NCBI GenBank assembly: GCA_050012595.1
Contig: JBEKGW010000028.1
Coordinates: 5,387 to 69,386, forward strand
DNA length: 64,000 nucleotides
Source: Terriglobales bacterium
GTDB lineage: Bacteria; Acidobacteriota; Terriglobia; Terriglobales; Acidobacteriaceae
Reading direction: 5' to 3'
Below the pieces are notes generated by a model. It made no database searches. It had not been told where the DNA came from and saw only the letters and a program-made list of their open reading frames with translations. Shown one piece after another: positions 8,879 to 19,560 of this stretch. Numbering within the stretch: position 1 is the first letter of the stretch; every line of letters begins with the position of its first letter. Both the position numbers and the translations under genes were made by a program.

Positions 8879-10228
8879 GTGATGTCAGCAAAACCGAGCG
8901 GGCCCACGACATTGAGAAGAACCCTCGGGCTGTGGGACCTGATTCTGTACGGGGTGATCGTAATACAGCCCACCGCGCCCATGCCCGTTTACGGAGTGAT
9001 GACACAGCGTGCTCATGGACATGCGGTCACGACAGTGTTGATTGCCATGATCGCCATGTTGTTTACCGCGATCAGCTATGGACGGATGGCCCGCGCCTAC
9101 CCTAGTGCCGGTTCAGCATTCACTTATGTAGGCCGCGAAATTCACCCCGCATTAGGCTACATCACCGGCTGGAGTATGGCCATGGATTACATGATGAACC
9201 CCATTCTCTGCACCATTCTCTGCAGCAAGTTTGCGATGAACTTTATGCCAGAGATTCCTTACGGTGTATGGGCGATCGGCTTTGCTGCGCTCCTAACCGG
9301 CTTGAACCTGTTTGCCATTCGTACCTCTGCCCGGATCAATGCGGCGCTGGCGGCGGTAATGGGCCTCGTAATCATGATTTTTTTCGCTGCGGCAGCACGG
9401 TACGTTCTAAACATTCCACATGACGGAGTTGCCTTCTTTACACGTCCGTTCTATGACCCTCAAACTTTTTCTGTGCGGGCGGTACTTGGCGGTACGTCTC
9501 TCGCGGTTCTCACTTATATAGGCTTCGACGGCATTTCGACGTTATCGGAAGAGGCCGAGAATCCCAAACGCAACATACTGGTTGCGACGGTGCTGGTATG
9601 CGTGATTATCGGTATCGTGGCGTCGGTCGAAGTTTATGCAGCGCAGCTTGTCTGGCCTGGTTTCAAATTCCCAGATGTGGACACCGCCTATGTTTACATT
9701 GCCGGCCGGGCGGGGGGCGCCTGGTTATTTGCGTTAGTTAATCTGACGCTCCTCGTGGCTACGATCGGATCCGGCATGGCCTCGCAACTCGGTGCTGCCC
9801 GTCTACTTTACGGCATGGGAAGGGGCAATGCCATTCCCAAGAGGTTTTTTGCCTCCATTGAGCCGAAGCGGCAAATTCCACGGAACAATGTTCTGTTTCT
9901 CGGGGCAGTTGCACTGGGCGGCGCCTCCATTCTTAGCTTCGAACGATCGGCGGAATTGCTCAACTTCGGTGCCCTGCTTGCGTTCATGGGGGTCAACGCA
10001 GCGGCCTTCACTCGATATTACTGGCGGGAGGAGCGGAAGCTGTGGACGAACCTGGTTACGCCGGTTCTCGGGTTCCTTGTCTGTTTGCTGCTCTGGTTGA
10101 GTCTAAGCTGGCCAGCGAAGGTTGTCGGCGTAATCTGGATGATTCTTGGCATTGGATACGGTGCGATCAGGACCCACGGTTTCAAAGCTGAGCTGGTTAC
10201 GTTCGACGTTCCTGAAGAAGCCAGTTAG
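8879..10228 (+). CDS. APC-superfamily amino acid/polyamine permease
   Basis: 449 aa and polytopic (about 12 hydrophobic segments). N-terminus ...TLRRTLGLWDLILYGVIVIQPTAP is typical of APC permeases. Start is GTG 8879 or ATG 8882. Confidence 0.9.
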   Translation: MMSAKPSGPTTLRRTLGLWDLILYGVIVIQPTAPMPVYGVMTQRAHGHAVTTVLIAMIAMLFTAISYGRMARAYPSAGSAFTYVGREIHPALGYITGWSMAMDYMMNPILCTILCSKFAMNFMPEIPYGVWAIGFAALLTGLNLFAIRTSARINAALAAVMGLVIMIFFAAAARYVLNIPHDGVAFFTRPFYDPQTFSVRAVLGGTSLAVLTYIGFDGISTLSEEAENPKRNILVATVLVCVIIGIVASVEVYAAQLVWPGFKFPDVDTAYVYIAGRAGGAWLFALVNLTLLVATIGSGMASQLGAARLLYGMGRGNAIPKRFFASIEPKRQIPRNNVLFLGAVALGGASILSFERSAELLNFGALLAFMGVNAAAFTRYYWREERKLWTNLVTPVLGFLVCLLLWLSLSWPAKVVGVIWMILGIGYGAIRTHGFKAELVTFDVPEEAS

Positions 10229-10302
10229 GAGGCGGGCCTCCGTGCCGCACTGCCGAATCGATAGCGGAACCCGATCTGTTCCACGGTAGAAAAGAGGAAA
10301 CG

Positions 10303-11286
10303 ATGCATTACCGTCAACTCGGACGCACCGCTTGGAAGGTGTCGGACATCAGCTTTGGCGCGTGGGCCATTGGCGGCGCGTGGGGCAGAGTTTCCGACGA
10401 CGAATCTCTCACGGCGCTGCACCAGGCCGTCGACTGCGGAGTGAATTTTATTGATACCGCCGACGTGTATGGCGATGGTCGCAGCGAACGTCTGATTGCT
10501 CAACTTAGGAAGAGCCGAAAGAATGAGATCGTGGTTGCTACGAAGGCTGGCCGCCGTCTGCCGCGCCAGACCGTGGAAGGATACAACCGCCAGAATCTGA
10601 CGATGTGGGTCGAAGACAGTTTACGGAATCTCTCGACCGACAGCCTCGACCTGCTGCAACTTCATTGCCCGCCGAGCGTGCTGTATGGCCGGCCGGAAAT
10701 CTTTGGCATACTCGACGACCTCGTGCGGGCGGGCAAGATTCGCTTTTACGGTGTGAGCGTCGAGAAGATCGAAGAGGCGTTCAAGGCAGTCGAGTTCCCC
10801 AACGTCCAGACGGTGCAAATCATTTTCAACTGTTTCCGGCAGCGACCAGCGGACCAGTTCTTCGCGCGCGCCAAACAGAAGCGCATAGGCATTCTCGCCC
10901 GCGTGCCCCTTGCCAGCGGTCTGCTGACGGGTAAATTCCGCCGCGATTCCACCTTCGCGGCAGACGACCACCGGAATTTCAATCGCCAAGGGCAAGCCTT
11001 TGATATGGGAGAGACATTCTCCGGCGTAGATTACAACGTCGGCCTTGACGCAGTCGAAGAGATGCGAGCGCTGGTGCCAGCCGGCGTCTCCATGACTCAG
11101 TTCGCCCTGCGCTGGATCCTTATGTTCGACGCAGTCACCTGCTCCATTCCTGGCGGCAAGCGGGCGGAGCAGGTTGCGGACAACTGCCAGGCTTCGGACC
11201 TGCCGCCCCTCAGCGAAGAGGTAATGACAGGGGTGCGCAGCATTTATAACGAAAAAATTCGTCCCCTGGTGCAAGATCGCTGGTAG
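10303..11286 (+). CDS. Aldo/keto reductase
   Basis: 327 aa with GVNFIDTADVYGDGRSE and other AKR-type motifs. AGAGGAAA lies upstream of the ATG. Confidence 0.9.
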   Translation: MHYRQLGRTAWKVSDISFGAWAIGGAWGRVSDDESLTALHQAVDCGVNFIDTADVYGDGRSERLIAQLRKSRKNEIVVATKAGRRLPRQTVEGYNRQNLTMWVEDSLRNLSTDSLDLLQLHCPPSVLYGRPEIFGILDDLVRAGKIRFYGVSVEKIEEAFKAVEFPNVQTVQIIFNCFRQRPADQFFARAKQKRIGILARVPLASGLLTGKFRRDSTFAADDHRNFNRQGQAFDMGETFSGVDYNVGLDAVEEMRALVPAGVSMTQFALRWILMFDAVTCSIPGGKRAEQVADNCQASDLPPLSEEVMTGVRSIYNEKIRPLVQDRW

Positions 11287-11488
11287 CCCCTACAACGTTG
11301 GGAGGGGACTCAATAACAAAGGTGCGGGGTGCGCCTGAAGTGTATTCGGAACGCCTCTGGCACCTGACCGCTACACAAACCTCGGCGCCGACGAGATTCG
11401 TACCGGGAAGTCGGATAGTGTTTATCAACCAAATCTGCAGTGACAATCCGACGTTCTAGTTCTCTCGAGGTAGCCGACTGATCGGCCG

Positions 11489-11857
11489 TTAGTCATCAAC
11501 TCTGGTTGACCCTTTTTCCGAGTTGCACCACCAATGGACTGTCCGGATGTTGTCCGGATGGTCATCTCTCCACGCTCCTCCCATCCCTTTGGGATCTTCG
11601 TGGTCTGGCACGATGTCGTTGTAGTCCGTGAACTCACGATGGCAGATTGCGCATATTCTGTTCTGTTCCGCAACTTTCCGCTTCAGAAGTTTCCGCATTT
11701 CCGCGGGAGACCTGAGTTCCCGATATCCCCTCGGGTGATGCGGATCTTCGATGCGTCGAACACCAGGCTGTAACCTGCGCGCATAATGCGTTGGTTCGCG
11801 ACCGCAGCAGCGGAGCGATCTGTGGATGGGGCAGTATTCATTGCGACGAAGTCTCAT
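11489..11857 (-). CDS. HNH endonuclease with Cys-rich N-terminus
   Basis: 122 aa. C-terminal CAICHREF...PDHEDPKGMGG...HWWCNSEKG matches the HNH pattern. SD CCTCC lies 8 nt upstream of the ATG. Confidence 0.8.
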   Translation of the reverse strand: MRLRRNEYCPIHRSLRCCGREPTHYARRLQPGVRRIEDPHHPRGYRELRSPAEMRKLLKRKVAEQNRICAICHREFTDYNDIVPDHEDPKGMGGAWRDDHPDNIRTVHWWCNSEKGSTRVDD

Positions 11858-11972
11858 AGGAGTCCTCCGGTGGGATCCGGTGTTGAAATCTGCTGTGGGC
11901 GAGTGGGGAAAATTGGGTCGAAGAATGTCTTAACTTCTGACGCGCTGGTACAATTCCTGCCCGAGGGGGATC

Positions 11973-12215
11973 ATGCTAAACCTGACTACAGCAGTCCGGC
12001 AGTTGAAGAAGGAAAGAGAGCGGGCGCGGAGAGAAGTGGGGCGGTTAGACGAGGCTTTGAAGATTCTGGGCAGTCTCGGGAGTCTCAACCCAAGGCTCCG
12101 ACGCGTTCAGACGATAGCCAAGAAACGGACCATGTCAGCGGCTGCCCGCAAACGAATCGCTGCTGCCCAGCGTGCACGTTGGGCGAAATGGAAGGCGGCC
12201 AGGCGGAACAAATGA
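11973..12215 (+). CDS. Small basic coiled-coil protein, unknown function
   Basis: 80 aa with a purine-rich GAGGGGGA just upstream of the ATG. The C-terminal MSAAARKRIAAAQRARWAKWKAA basic motif looks like a real small-protein family rather than frame noise. Confidence 0.5.
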   Translation: MLNLTTAVRQLKKERERARREVGRLDEALKILGSLGSLNPRLRRVQTIAKKRTMSAAARKRIAAAQRARWAKWKAARRNK

Positions 12216-12289
12216 AACACAACAACGGCCGCGGAGACCCTGCGCTTCTCGGCTCTTCGTGTGCCGATCCCTAGCAAGGTTTGGGCAAG

Positions 12290-12442
12290 TTGCACGATCT
12301 TGCGGAGTTCGACATACTGCAACGGGTAAGCGGCTAAGCGAGTAATAGCGTCGAATTCCTCTTCACCATCGGTGTCGAGAATGCCGTAGCTACGGAGGGC
12401 TTCAAGTCTCTCTTGTTCATTCGGAGGAATGGATGCACTCAT
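12290..12442 (-). pseudogene. Stub of a GAF-domain sensor gene (N-terminal about 40-50 codons only)
   Basis: MSASIPPNEQERLEALRSYGILDTDGEEEFDAITRLAA matches the characteristic N-terminus of GAF-domain signalling proteins. Resemblance is lost afterwards, and the rest of the 111-aa track ORF is antisense to the 80-aa gene. Confidence 0.45.
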
Positions 12443-12612
12443 CTTTTTCCTTCACCTCGGGTTGCTTTGCCTTCCATAGCTACGTAGAAGATCGGCAAGT
12501 AAGCCCGCGAGCTCATCGTTACGATTGGCCCTCCAGCGTGTTGGTTTGCTGACTATCTGCGAAGCGACCGGTCACGGCAATCAGGCTGCCGGGTTCATCT
12601 CTTTCGTAAGCC

Positions 12613-12681
12613 ATTGACAACAAACATTTTATATTGACAAGTCGAAAATAGCTTGTCGTTTCATCAAATTTGGAGTAATAT
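12613..12681 (+). promoter_or_regulatory. AT-rich promoter/operator region of the RES-Xre toxin-antitoxin operon
   Basis: Two attgacaa direct repeats (12613-12620, 12633-12640). Inverted repeat gacaag-N10-cttgtc (12636-12657) overlaps a -35-like ttgtcg (12653-12658). A -10-like taatat (12676-12681) follows after a 17-nt spacer. Confidence 0.4.
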
Positions 12682-12705
12682 TTAGTCATAAATGGAGACA
12701 CTCTT

Positions 12706-13140
12706 ATGGCTACGATGCAACAAGCCGTGGTTGGTTTCTCGTGGGATACAGCCGTCGATCTGTCGAGGAAGGAGAACCGAACCCGACTCAGCCCGGCTGC
12801 CATCAAAGGCCTTCTTCGGATCGCGACGCATTGGAAATTACGGGATGACGACACCCGAGTTTTGCTTGGTGGCATATCCAGTGGCAGTTTCTACGCACTG
12901 AAGAATCGAGCTCCTAAAACACTGGATGAAGATCAGCTCACCCGAATTTCGCTTTTGATCGGAATATACAAGGCACTGAACATTCTTTACGGCCAGAAGC
13001 TCGCAGATGCTTGGATCGCGCTGCCAAACACGAACCCAATGTTTGGGGGAGACTCGCCCCTTAATTACGTAAAGAAGGGCGGCATACCTGCTTTTCTGAG
13101 AGTTCGCCAACTCTTGGACGTACGCCGTGGCGGCAAATGA
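12706..13140 (+). CDS. Xre/MbcA/ParS-like antitoxin (DUF2384-type) of a RES toxin
   Basis: 144 aa. The C-terminal ...PNTNPMFGGDSPLNYVKKGGIPAFLRVRQLL is typical of DUF2384 antitoxins. It has a 4-nt ATGA overlap with the downstream RES gene. Confidence 0.85.
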   Translation: MATMQQAVVGFSWDTAVDLSRKENRTRLSPAAIKGLLRIATHWKLRDDDTRVLLGGISSGSFYALKNRAPKTLDEDQLTRISLLIGIYKALNILYGQKLADAWIALPNTNPMFGGDSPLNYVKKGGIPAFLRVRQLLDVRRGGK

Positions 13141-13826
13141 AATCTCCGAAGCAGATCAAGGTGGAACGGGACAGGGCTCATCGCCTTATTCCGTATCGCT
13201 ACAGTGATCGTGGTAGGCCAATCCTCAATCTTCTCGCACAAGACGACGACGATCTGCTCAGCGACCTCACGGAGCTGGAGGGCGCCACGAACGATAGATT
13301 GCTTGGCGAGAGTGGCAGGCTGCCTGGCGTAAGCGCTATTGAGCTGGTTTCCGGCTTCCGCCTCGCGCATATAGTTAACGCATCCTTCACTCACGCGCAT
13401 CCGTTTGGAGGACGGTTCAATGGCGCGGGACGAGGAGCTTGGTATGCGTCTTTCGAAATGCAAACTGCACAAACGGAAGTGGCCTTTCATAGAGCCGCCG
13501 AGTTGAAAGAAGTCGGATGGAAAGCTGAAGAAGTCTCTCCATATATAGACTATCTCGCCGATTTCAGACATGAATTCCATGACATTCGGGGAGATCCAGA
13601 TTTTGTGGACTGCTTAGACCCGAACAGCTACACCGCCTCCCAAACACTTGGACTAAAACTGTTGACCAGTGGCTCAGCGGGGATCGTGTATCCGAGCGTA
13701 CGGCACAAAGATGGCGTCTCTATCGCCTGCTTTCGTCCTCCCTTGGTGCTAAATGTGCAGCAGGGGCCTATGGTGACGTTTACTTTCAATGATGCAGAAA
13801 TGACTACTGTTGTCATTGAAAACTGA
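13137..13826 (+). CDS. RES-domain toxin (NAD+-targeting MbcT/ParT-like family)
   Basis: 229 aa with conserved R (RLIPYRY), E (YASFEMQTAQTEVAFH) and S (IVYPSVRH) positions in RES order. It is translationally coupled to the antitoxin. Confidence 0.9.
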   Translation: MKSPKQIKVERDRAHRLIPYRYSDRGRPILNLLAQDDDDLLSDLTELEGATNDRLLGESGRLPGVSAIELVSGFRLAHIVNASFTHAHPFGGRFNGAGRGAWYASFEMQTAQTEVAFHRAAELKEVGWKAEEVSPYIDYLADFRHEFHDIRGDPDFVDCLDPNSYTASQTLGLKLLTSGSAGIVYPSVRHKDGVSIACFRPPLVLNVQQGPMVTFTFNDAEMTTVVIEN

Positions 13827-14044
13827 CACTACGCAACCGGCAGCCGTCAAGGTCAAAGTTGTCCTAGCCAGTGAAGGATCACCGCTTGCTTTGCCAGAGA
13901 GGTTGAGGACCAAGACTCTGGAAATCTCACGCTGAATCATTTCCCGGTGGAAGATCGTTCCACCAACCGTCGATTCGGCCCGAACATCGACCATGATTCT
14001 GCTATGCGAGCATCCCGCCGCCCGCGATTCTCTAGAGACAGCGG

Positions 14045-14470
14045 TCAGCGGTGCCAACTCCAGATGGGATTGCCTTTTTCGTCGCGGAGGACGAGGGTGT
14101 CGGTGCCCTTTACAACTTCGCGGGCAAGGATGAGGTCGGCTTCGCCCTGCTTGACTTTTGAGCCGGTGAGGGCGATTTCGTCCCCTTTGCTGAAACTCAC
14201 GCCCATGTCATCGAGAAAGGACTTGGGGCAGAGATACACGTCGACCGTGTCAGCCCCGGTTTTCACCAGCAAGTGGGCAACCTCTTTCTCACTGCCTTTT
14301 GGAGGCAGTCTCACTTCCTCCACGGTTCCTTTCATTTTTGTCTCGGTGTGGGCATCGTATTTGGGAGGGTTTGGCTCTTGGTTCTTTTGCGCGAGTGCCG
14401 GCCCAAGGCGCAGGAATACAAGAATCAGGGCGAGGAAAAGTATTCCGTGGAACTCGACTGGATCACGCAT
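14045..14470 (-). CDS. Secreted small protein, unknown function
   Basis: The signal peptide ILFLALILVFLRLGPALA is followed by a hydrophilic beta-rich domain. ATG 14470 is preferred over the TTG at 14485. Confidence 0.7.
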   Translation of the reverse strand: MRDPVEFHGILFLALILVFLRLGPALAQKNQEPNPPKYDAHTETKMKGTVEEVRLPPKGSEKEVAHLLVKTGADTVDVYLCPKSFLDDMGVSFSKGDEIALTGSKVKQGEADLILAREVVKGTDTLVLRDEKGNPIWSWHR

Positions 14471-14770
14471 GGCTCCCCCTTCCAACGAATGCGCCAGAAG
14501 CCCGGTGCGGACTACGAAAGATTAACCGGTTCCTGTCTCTTTATTCGCTACTTTAGGATGAAGCCAGCTTCCTGGGCACCATGGTACTCCACTTCCAATG
14601 TCCGAGATCCGGCAGGTCGCGTAGGACCAAGTAGCTTTTCAGATCCGCGCTGTCTTGAAAATTGATTGGATCGTTCGGGGAAAGCGGTCAGGCTTCGAAT
14701 CCTGCGTGGTCGGATCACGGATCTTGCATGAGGTGTGGGTCACGGATTCTGCGTGGGATTTGAGGGGAAA

Positions 14771-14792
14771 AGGCGCGCAGAGAAGCGCGCCT
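14771..14792 (-). terminator. Stem-loop 33 nt downstream of the rpoD stop (weak U-tract)
   Basis: aggcgcgc-agagaa-gcgcgcct. On the minus strand it is followed by only UUU. Confidence 0.45.
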
Positions 14793-14824
14793 TCTTGCGA
14801 TGAGGGTTGTGGTGGCTTCCGGCG

Positions 14825-16504
<1,680 letters not shown>

Positions 16505-16649
16505 GTGGAATCCCTTTCAGCGCCTTCCCTGCCGCATGGAGCAAACGGTGCTTTGACAATGACTGAAGCCTCCGCCCGAGAGCTACGCTTTAAACGCCGG
16601 TTGAAAGGTTGAAACCTAAAAAGGGCCCCCCTGATTTTCGCCGATACAA

Positions 16650-16865
16650 CTATGCGGCGGGGAGTTTCGTCTCAAGGTCCGCAAGAATTCTCAATTGCTG
16701 CGTCGCGAATTCTGCATCGGCGAACCCCCCAATTACATCATTGATGACGTCTTGAACCCGCTTATCAGGGTCATGGTATTTCCGTGTTGCCACTGAGACG
16801 AGCCGGCACAACACGAAGCGATTCGGGATATCGACCAAAGCCTTGTGTATACGAACAGAACGCAT
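16650..16865 (-). CDS. Small conserved protein, possibly RNAP omega-like (NRF motif)
   Basis: 71 aa with a strong SD (AAGGAG 6 nt upstream of the ATG). ALVDIPNRFVLCRLVSVATRKYH resembles the omega-subunit core (..NRF.L....A.RAR..). The product call is tentative. Confidence 0.6.
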   Translation of the reverse strand: MRSVRIHKALVDIPNRFVLCRLVSVATRKYHDPDKRVQDVINDVIGGFADAEFATQQLRILADLETKLPAA

Positions 16866-17036
16866 GATCGCTCCTTATTGCAGGGCATTGGGTTGAACGC
16901 ACGAGTTTTCTTTAAGCGTAGAAATGCAAATATAAACGCCCCTTCCTTGCCCGGTTCGCCGGAAGGCAGCTGAATCGCGAAAGCGGAGGGTTGCAGTCTA
17001 GCCGCAACGATGGGTCTTCGTGATCAAGAAAACCTC

Positions 17037-17447
17037 TTACTTCGCTAGCCTGTCACGCTCCTGCTGGACGGCGTAAGAAACCAGGCACTTGTCGCGGTCA
17101 TCCCATGCGTCGATATGCTTTTGTGCGAGAGCATCGTAGAGGACATGTTCAGCCTTGCTGTCGGTCTCAGACGAATTGAAATCGGCATACGATTGAGTGC
17201 GTGCGGAGTTCAGGATTGGATACTCGTGAGCGCGCAAATCAGCGAGCGTCTGTTCATCGAGGAGAATGCTCTTCAATTCACCGTCGTCGGCCAACGAGAA
17301 CTGAGCGGCGAATGACTCCAGTTTTCTCACAGTGGCAATCTCCACATCCGCCCTCAAATCCCTTGCTCGCTGCCGTGCCGCTGCGTCGTCTCCCGCAGCA
17401 ACCACAACGCAGTTACCATTTCGTAGCCGTAGGACGAATAGCGTCAT
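17037..17447 (-). CDS. Hypothetical protein
   Basis: 136-aa ORF with normal amino-acid composition. No recognisable motif. Confidence 0.55.
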   Translation of the reverse strand: MTLFVLRLRNGNCVVVAAGDDAAARQRARDLRADVEIATVRKLESFAAQFSLADDGELKSILLDEQTLADLRAHEYPILNSARTQSYADFNSSETDSKAEHVLYDALAQKHIDAWDDRDKCLVSYAVQQERDRLAK

Positions 17448-17651
17448 ATATTCCCCGACTGAGTGCTACGCCAATGGCACCAAAGCAATGTCTGTTGTGA
17501 ATACCTCGCCCGGCATCGCTGTGAACGTTCGGGAAGGAAGATTGTTCTGACGGAAGCATCTGACGAACAAGGGGGCCGCTCCTCGATCAGAATAGTGCCG
17601 ACTTGAACTTTTGGCGTCATCGGCTCTCCCGAGTGAACGTATCTTGCGACC

Positions 17652-17678
17652 AAAAAAGGGTGGCGCAGGTAGCCACCC
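17652..17678 (-). terminator. Rho-independent terminator of the ABM-domain gene
   Basis: gggtggc-gcaggta-gccaccc, preceded on the + strand by AAAAAA (U6 on the minus-strand transcript). It lies 24 nt after the stop at 17702. Confidence 0.8.
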
Positions 17679-17701
17679 CGGGCGATTGACGAGGCACCGT
17701 C

Positions 17702-18025
17702 TCAGGCGGCCACGGCGGCGGGTTTGTGAATAGTCGAGCTAATCACATCCGAGACTTGCACCTTGGGAGTGCCGTCTAATACTTTATTCAGGATCTTGAG
17801 CACTTCGGGGTAGCCTGCAGTCTTGTAGGCTTCCGCGTACTCCTTGGTATCCCAGAGACTGATTGCGACCACATCCAGCCCTCCCGGGACAGCAAATGCG
17901 ATTTCATCCCGGAACCCCCTCTGCTTCCGCAGCATGGGAATGACTTCTTTTTCGAAAATCCGCGTGAACTCGGTTAGAGTGTTTGGTTTCAGGCGTAGAG
18001 AGACATTGCGAGCAAACATGATCAA
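17702..18025 (-). CDS. Antibiotic-biosynthesis-monooxygenase (ABM)-like domain protein
   Basis: 107 aa. The pattern FARNVSLRLKPN...F...EVIPMLRKQRGF..EI.....G..VVAISLWDTKEYAEAY is typical of ABM/dimeric alpha-beta barrel proteins. SD CCTCC is present. Confidence 0.8.
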   Translation of the reverse strand: MIMFARNVSLRLKPNTLTEFTRIFEKEVIPMLRKQRGFRDEIAFAVPGGLDVVAISLWDTKEYAEAYKTAGYPEVLKILNKVLDGTPKVQVSDVISSTIHKPAAVAA

Positions 18026-18297
18026 CCTCCATCGATTGGTTAGGTAATCTAAGAGGGAGAACTTCAGATGGGCTGACTTAGTTCAGGAGACCTGAAAGAG
18101 CGGGAAGACTACTCGCTCAATTAGCACCCTAGCCTTCTGCACTGCGATTGTCAACGGACACTGATTTCTGCTAAGTGAAGGGAAAAAAGATCGGTTCTCG
18201 TTCTAGTGGGTAAGAGTACGTGTATTAGGTGCAGCTTCCCCGAAACTCGGCCAACGGTTCAGCTCTATTCAAGATCACACAAAAGGAGAATAACGTC

Positions 18298-19218
18298 ATG
18301 GGAACGACTCGGCCTATCTCTCGAGCTGCTACAACCTTCAACCTTGAACACACTCGACTCGGGCCCCTCACTGAGTTTCCGGGAACCTGGGCGGGCACGG
18401 GATTCAACCTGATTGCGCGACCGGATTTTCAAAACAACCAACCATTCTTCCTGGAGATCAATGGCACGCTGGAGAATCTCGCATTCACACTGATCGGCGG
18501 AGATATTCCGAACCGCGGGTCCGAACAGAAAGACGTCTTTCTGCACGGCGTCACCTACCTGCAGCAAGTCGCCGATTGTGTGACGCATGGGGCGCTTCAC
18601 ATTGAACCGGGGCTCTGGATTCACATTCCGCCGACTACGGATCCGGCTGTGCCGCAGGCGACGGTGGTGAGGCAGGGGACGATTCCGCACGGCGATTCGC
18701 TGCTGGCTCAAAGCACGCTCATCACGACCGTGGCGAAAGGGCCGACGATCGCCCCGATTTTTTCCGTTCCCTTTACCGATGCGGTGATTCCGGGGCTGAA
18801 CGATGCGGCGAAAAACCCGATCACGAACGCCGCCTACCTGGCGCAGTTCACGAATCAAAGTCTCACAGCGTGTTGCCTGCCGCCTGGTGTGAGTTTGAAC
18901 GCTGTGGTCAAGGATCCGACGGAGGTGCTTCGAGCGGCCATCCAAGGGCAGAACATCACGAATACGGTGGTGATCGTGATCTCCACGGCGGCGGCGCAGG
19001 GATCTACTGGCATTCTCAACATTCCTCTTGTGGTGACGAATGCCAATGCACTGCAGATGGACGCCATCTTCTGGATTGAGACGGTGCAACCTACGAGTGG
19101 GGATCCGTTCCTGCAACTGCAATACGTGCAGAGAGTGATTCTCGACTTTCCGCCGAAACCGGGCGCTGCGATCATCCACTGGCCGCACATTTCGGTGGCC
19201 ACGTTAGTGAAGCAGTAA
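18298..19218 (+). CDS. Conserved hypothetical protein (possible calycin/nitrobindin-like N-terminal barrel)
   Basis: ATG 18298 is preceded by AAAAGGAGAA (the track start at 18229 lacks an SD). LGPLTEFPGTWAGTGFNLIARP resembles the start of heme-binding beta-barrel domains. The family call has low confidence. Confidence 0.8.
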   Translation: MGTTRPISRAATTFNLEHTRLGPLTEFPGTWAGTGFNLIARPDFQNNQPFFLEINGTLENLAFTLIGGDIPNRGSEQKDVFLHGVTYLQQVADCVTHGALHIEPGLWIHIPPTTDPAVPQATVVRQGTIPHGDSLLAQSTLITTVAKGPTIAPIFSVPFTDAVIPGLNDAAKNPITNAAYLAQFTNQSLTACCLPPGVSLNAVVKDPTEVLRAAIQGQNITNTVVIVISTAAAQGSTGILNIPLVVTNANALQMDAIFWIETVQPTSGDPFLQLQYVQRVILDFPPKPGAAIIHWPHISVATLVKQ

Positions 19219-19225
19219 GCCGGGC

Positions 19226-19405
19226 TTACACCAGCCAGGCGCGCATCTCTGCGGACGACCTGAGTTCCCGATATTCCTTAGAGTGGTGCGGATCCTCGAT
19301 GCGCTGAACACCCAGCCGCAGTCGACGTTCCTTCCGAGATTGCTCGCGGCCGCAGCAGGATACGGATCTGTGGATCGGGCAGTATTCGTTCCGACGGAGT
19401 TTCAT
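19226..19405 (-). pseudogene. Truncated paralog of the 11489-11857 HNH gene (N-terminal 55 codons, HNH motif lost)
   Basis: 59-codon ORF MKLRRNEYCPIHRSVSCCGREQSRKERRLRLGVQRIEDPHHSKEYRELRSSAEMRAWLV, just below the ORF-track cutoff. A gapless hand alignment of 19243-19405 with 11695-11857 gives 122/163 identical nt. It retains its SD and ATG. Confidence 0.6.
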
Positions 19406-19481
19406 AGCTTCCTCCCTGAGGGTCCGTTCATCTTTCTGATCTTCGTGAATCCTTTGAAAGAAAAGGCAATACGAGGTTTGC

Positions 19482-19510
19482 TTGACGCACTACTGGCAAG
19501 CGGATACTAT
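19482..19510 (+). promoter_or_regulatory. Sigma-70-like promoter candidate for the PAS-GAF gene
   Basis: TTGACG (19482-19487), a 17-nt spacer, then TACTAT (19505-19510). Confidence 0.4.
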
Positions 19511-19560
19511 CGGGCCGGAAACTGCGGCAGCGCCAATTCTCAGTTCAGTGGTGCTTCGCG

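Noticed and set aside
11374-11388. cctgaccgctac, similar to the tRNA-Val segment cctgacctctac, as a candidate attL
   Set aside because: It is only an 11/12 match. It corresponds to the variable-loop/anticodon-stem part of the tRNA rather than the 3' end, and such a match is expected by chance in 64 kb. Other 10-11-nt hits (6403-6412, 57788-57800) lie inside CDSs.
17475-17490. TGGCAC-containing site (tggcaccaaagcaatg) as a sigma-54 promoter; also tgggcacaattgcc at 31350-31363
   Set aside because: The -12 element (TTGC) is missing or the GG-to-GC spacing is wrong. Neither site is positioned upstream of a plausible target gene.
17444-17653. 58-69-codon minus-strand ORF whose TGA overlaps the ATG of the 136-aa gene (ATGA) and which has a GGGAGA SD
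   Set aside because: The composition is odd (Cys/Trp/Arg/Gln/Ser-rich). It starts within about 30 nt of the upstream terminator, leaving no room for a promoter. The coupling signal alone is insufficient.
18265-19188. 307-aa minus-strand ORF
   Set aside because: Antisense to the 18298-19218 gene, which has a strong SD and normal composition. This frame is about one quarter Arg.
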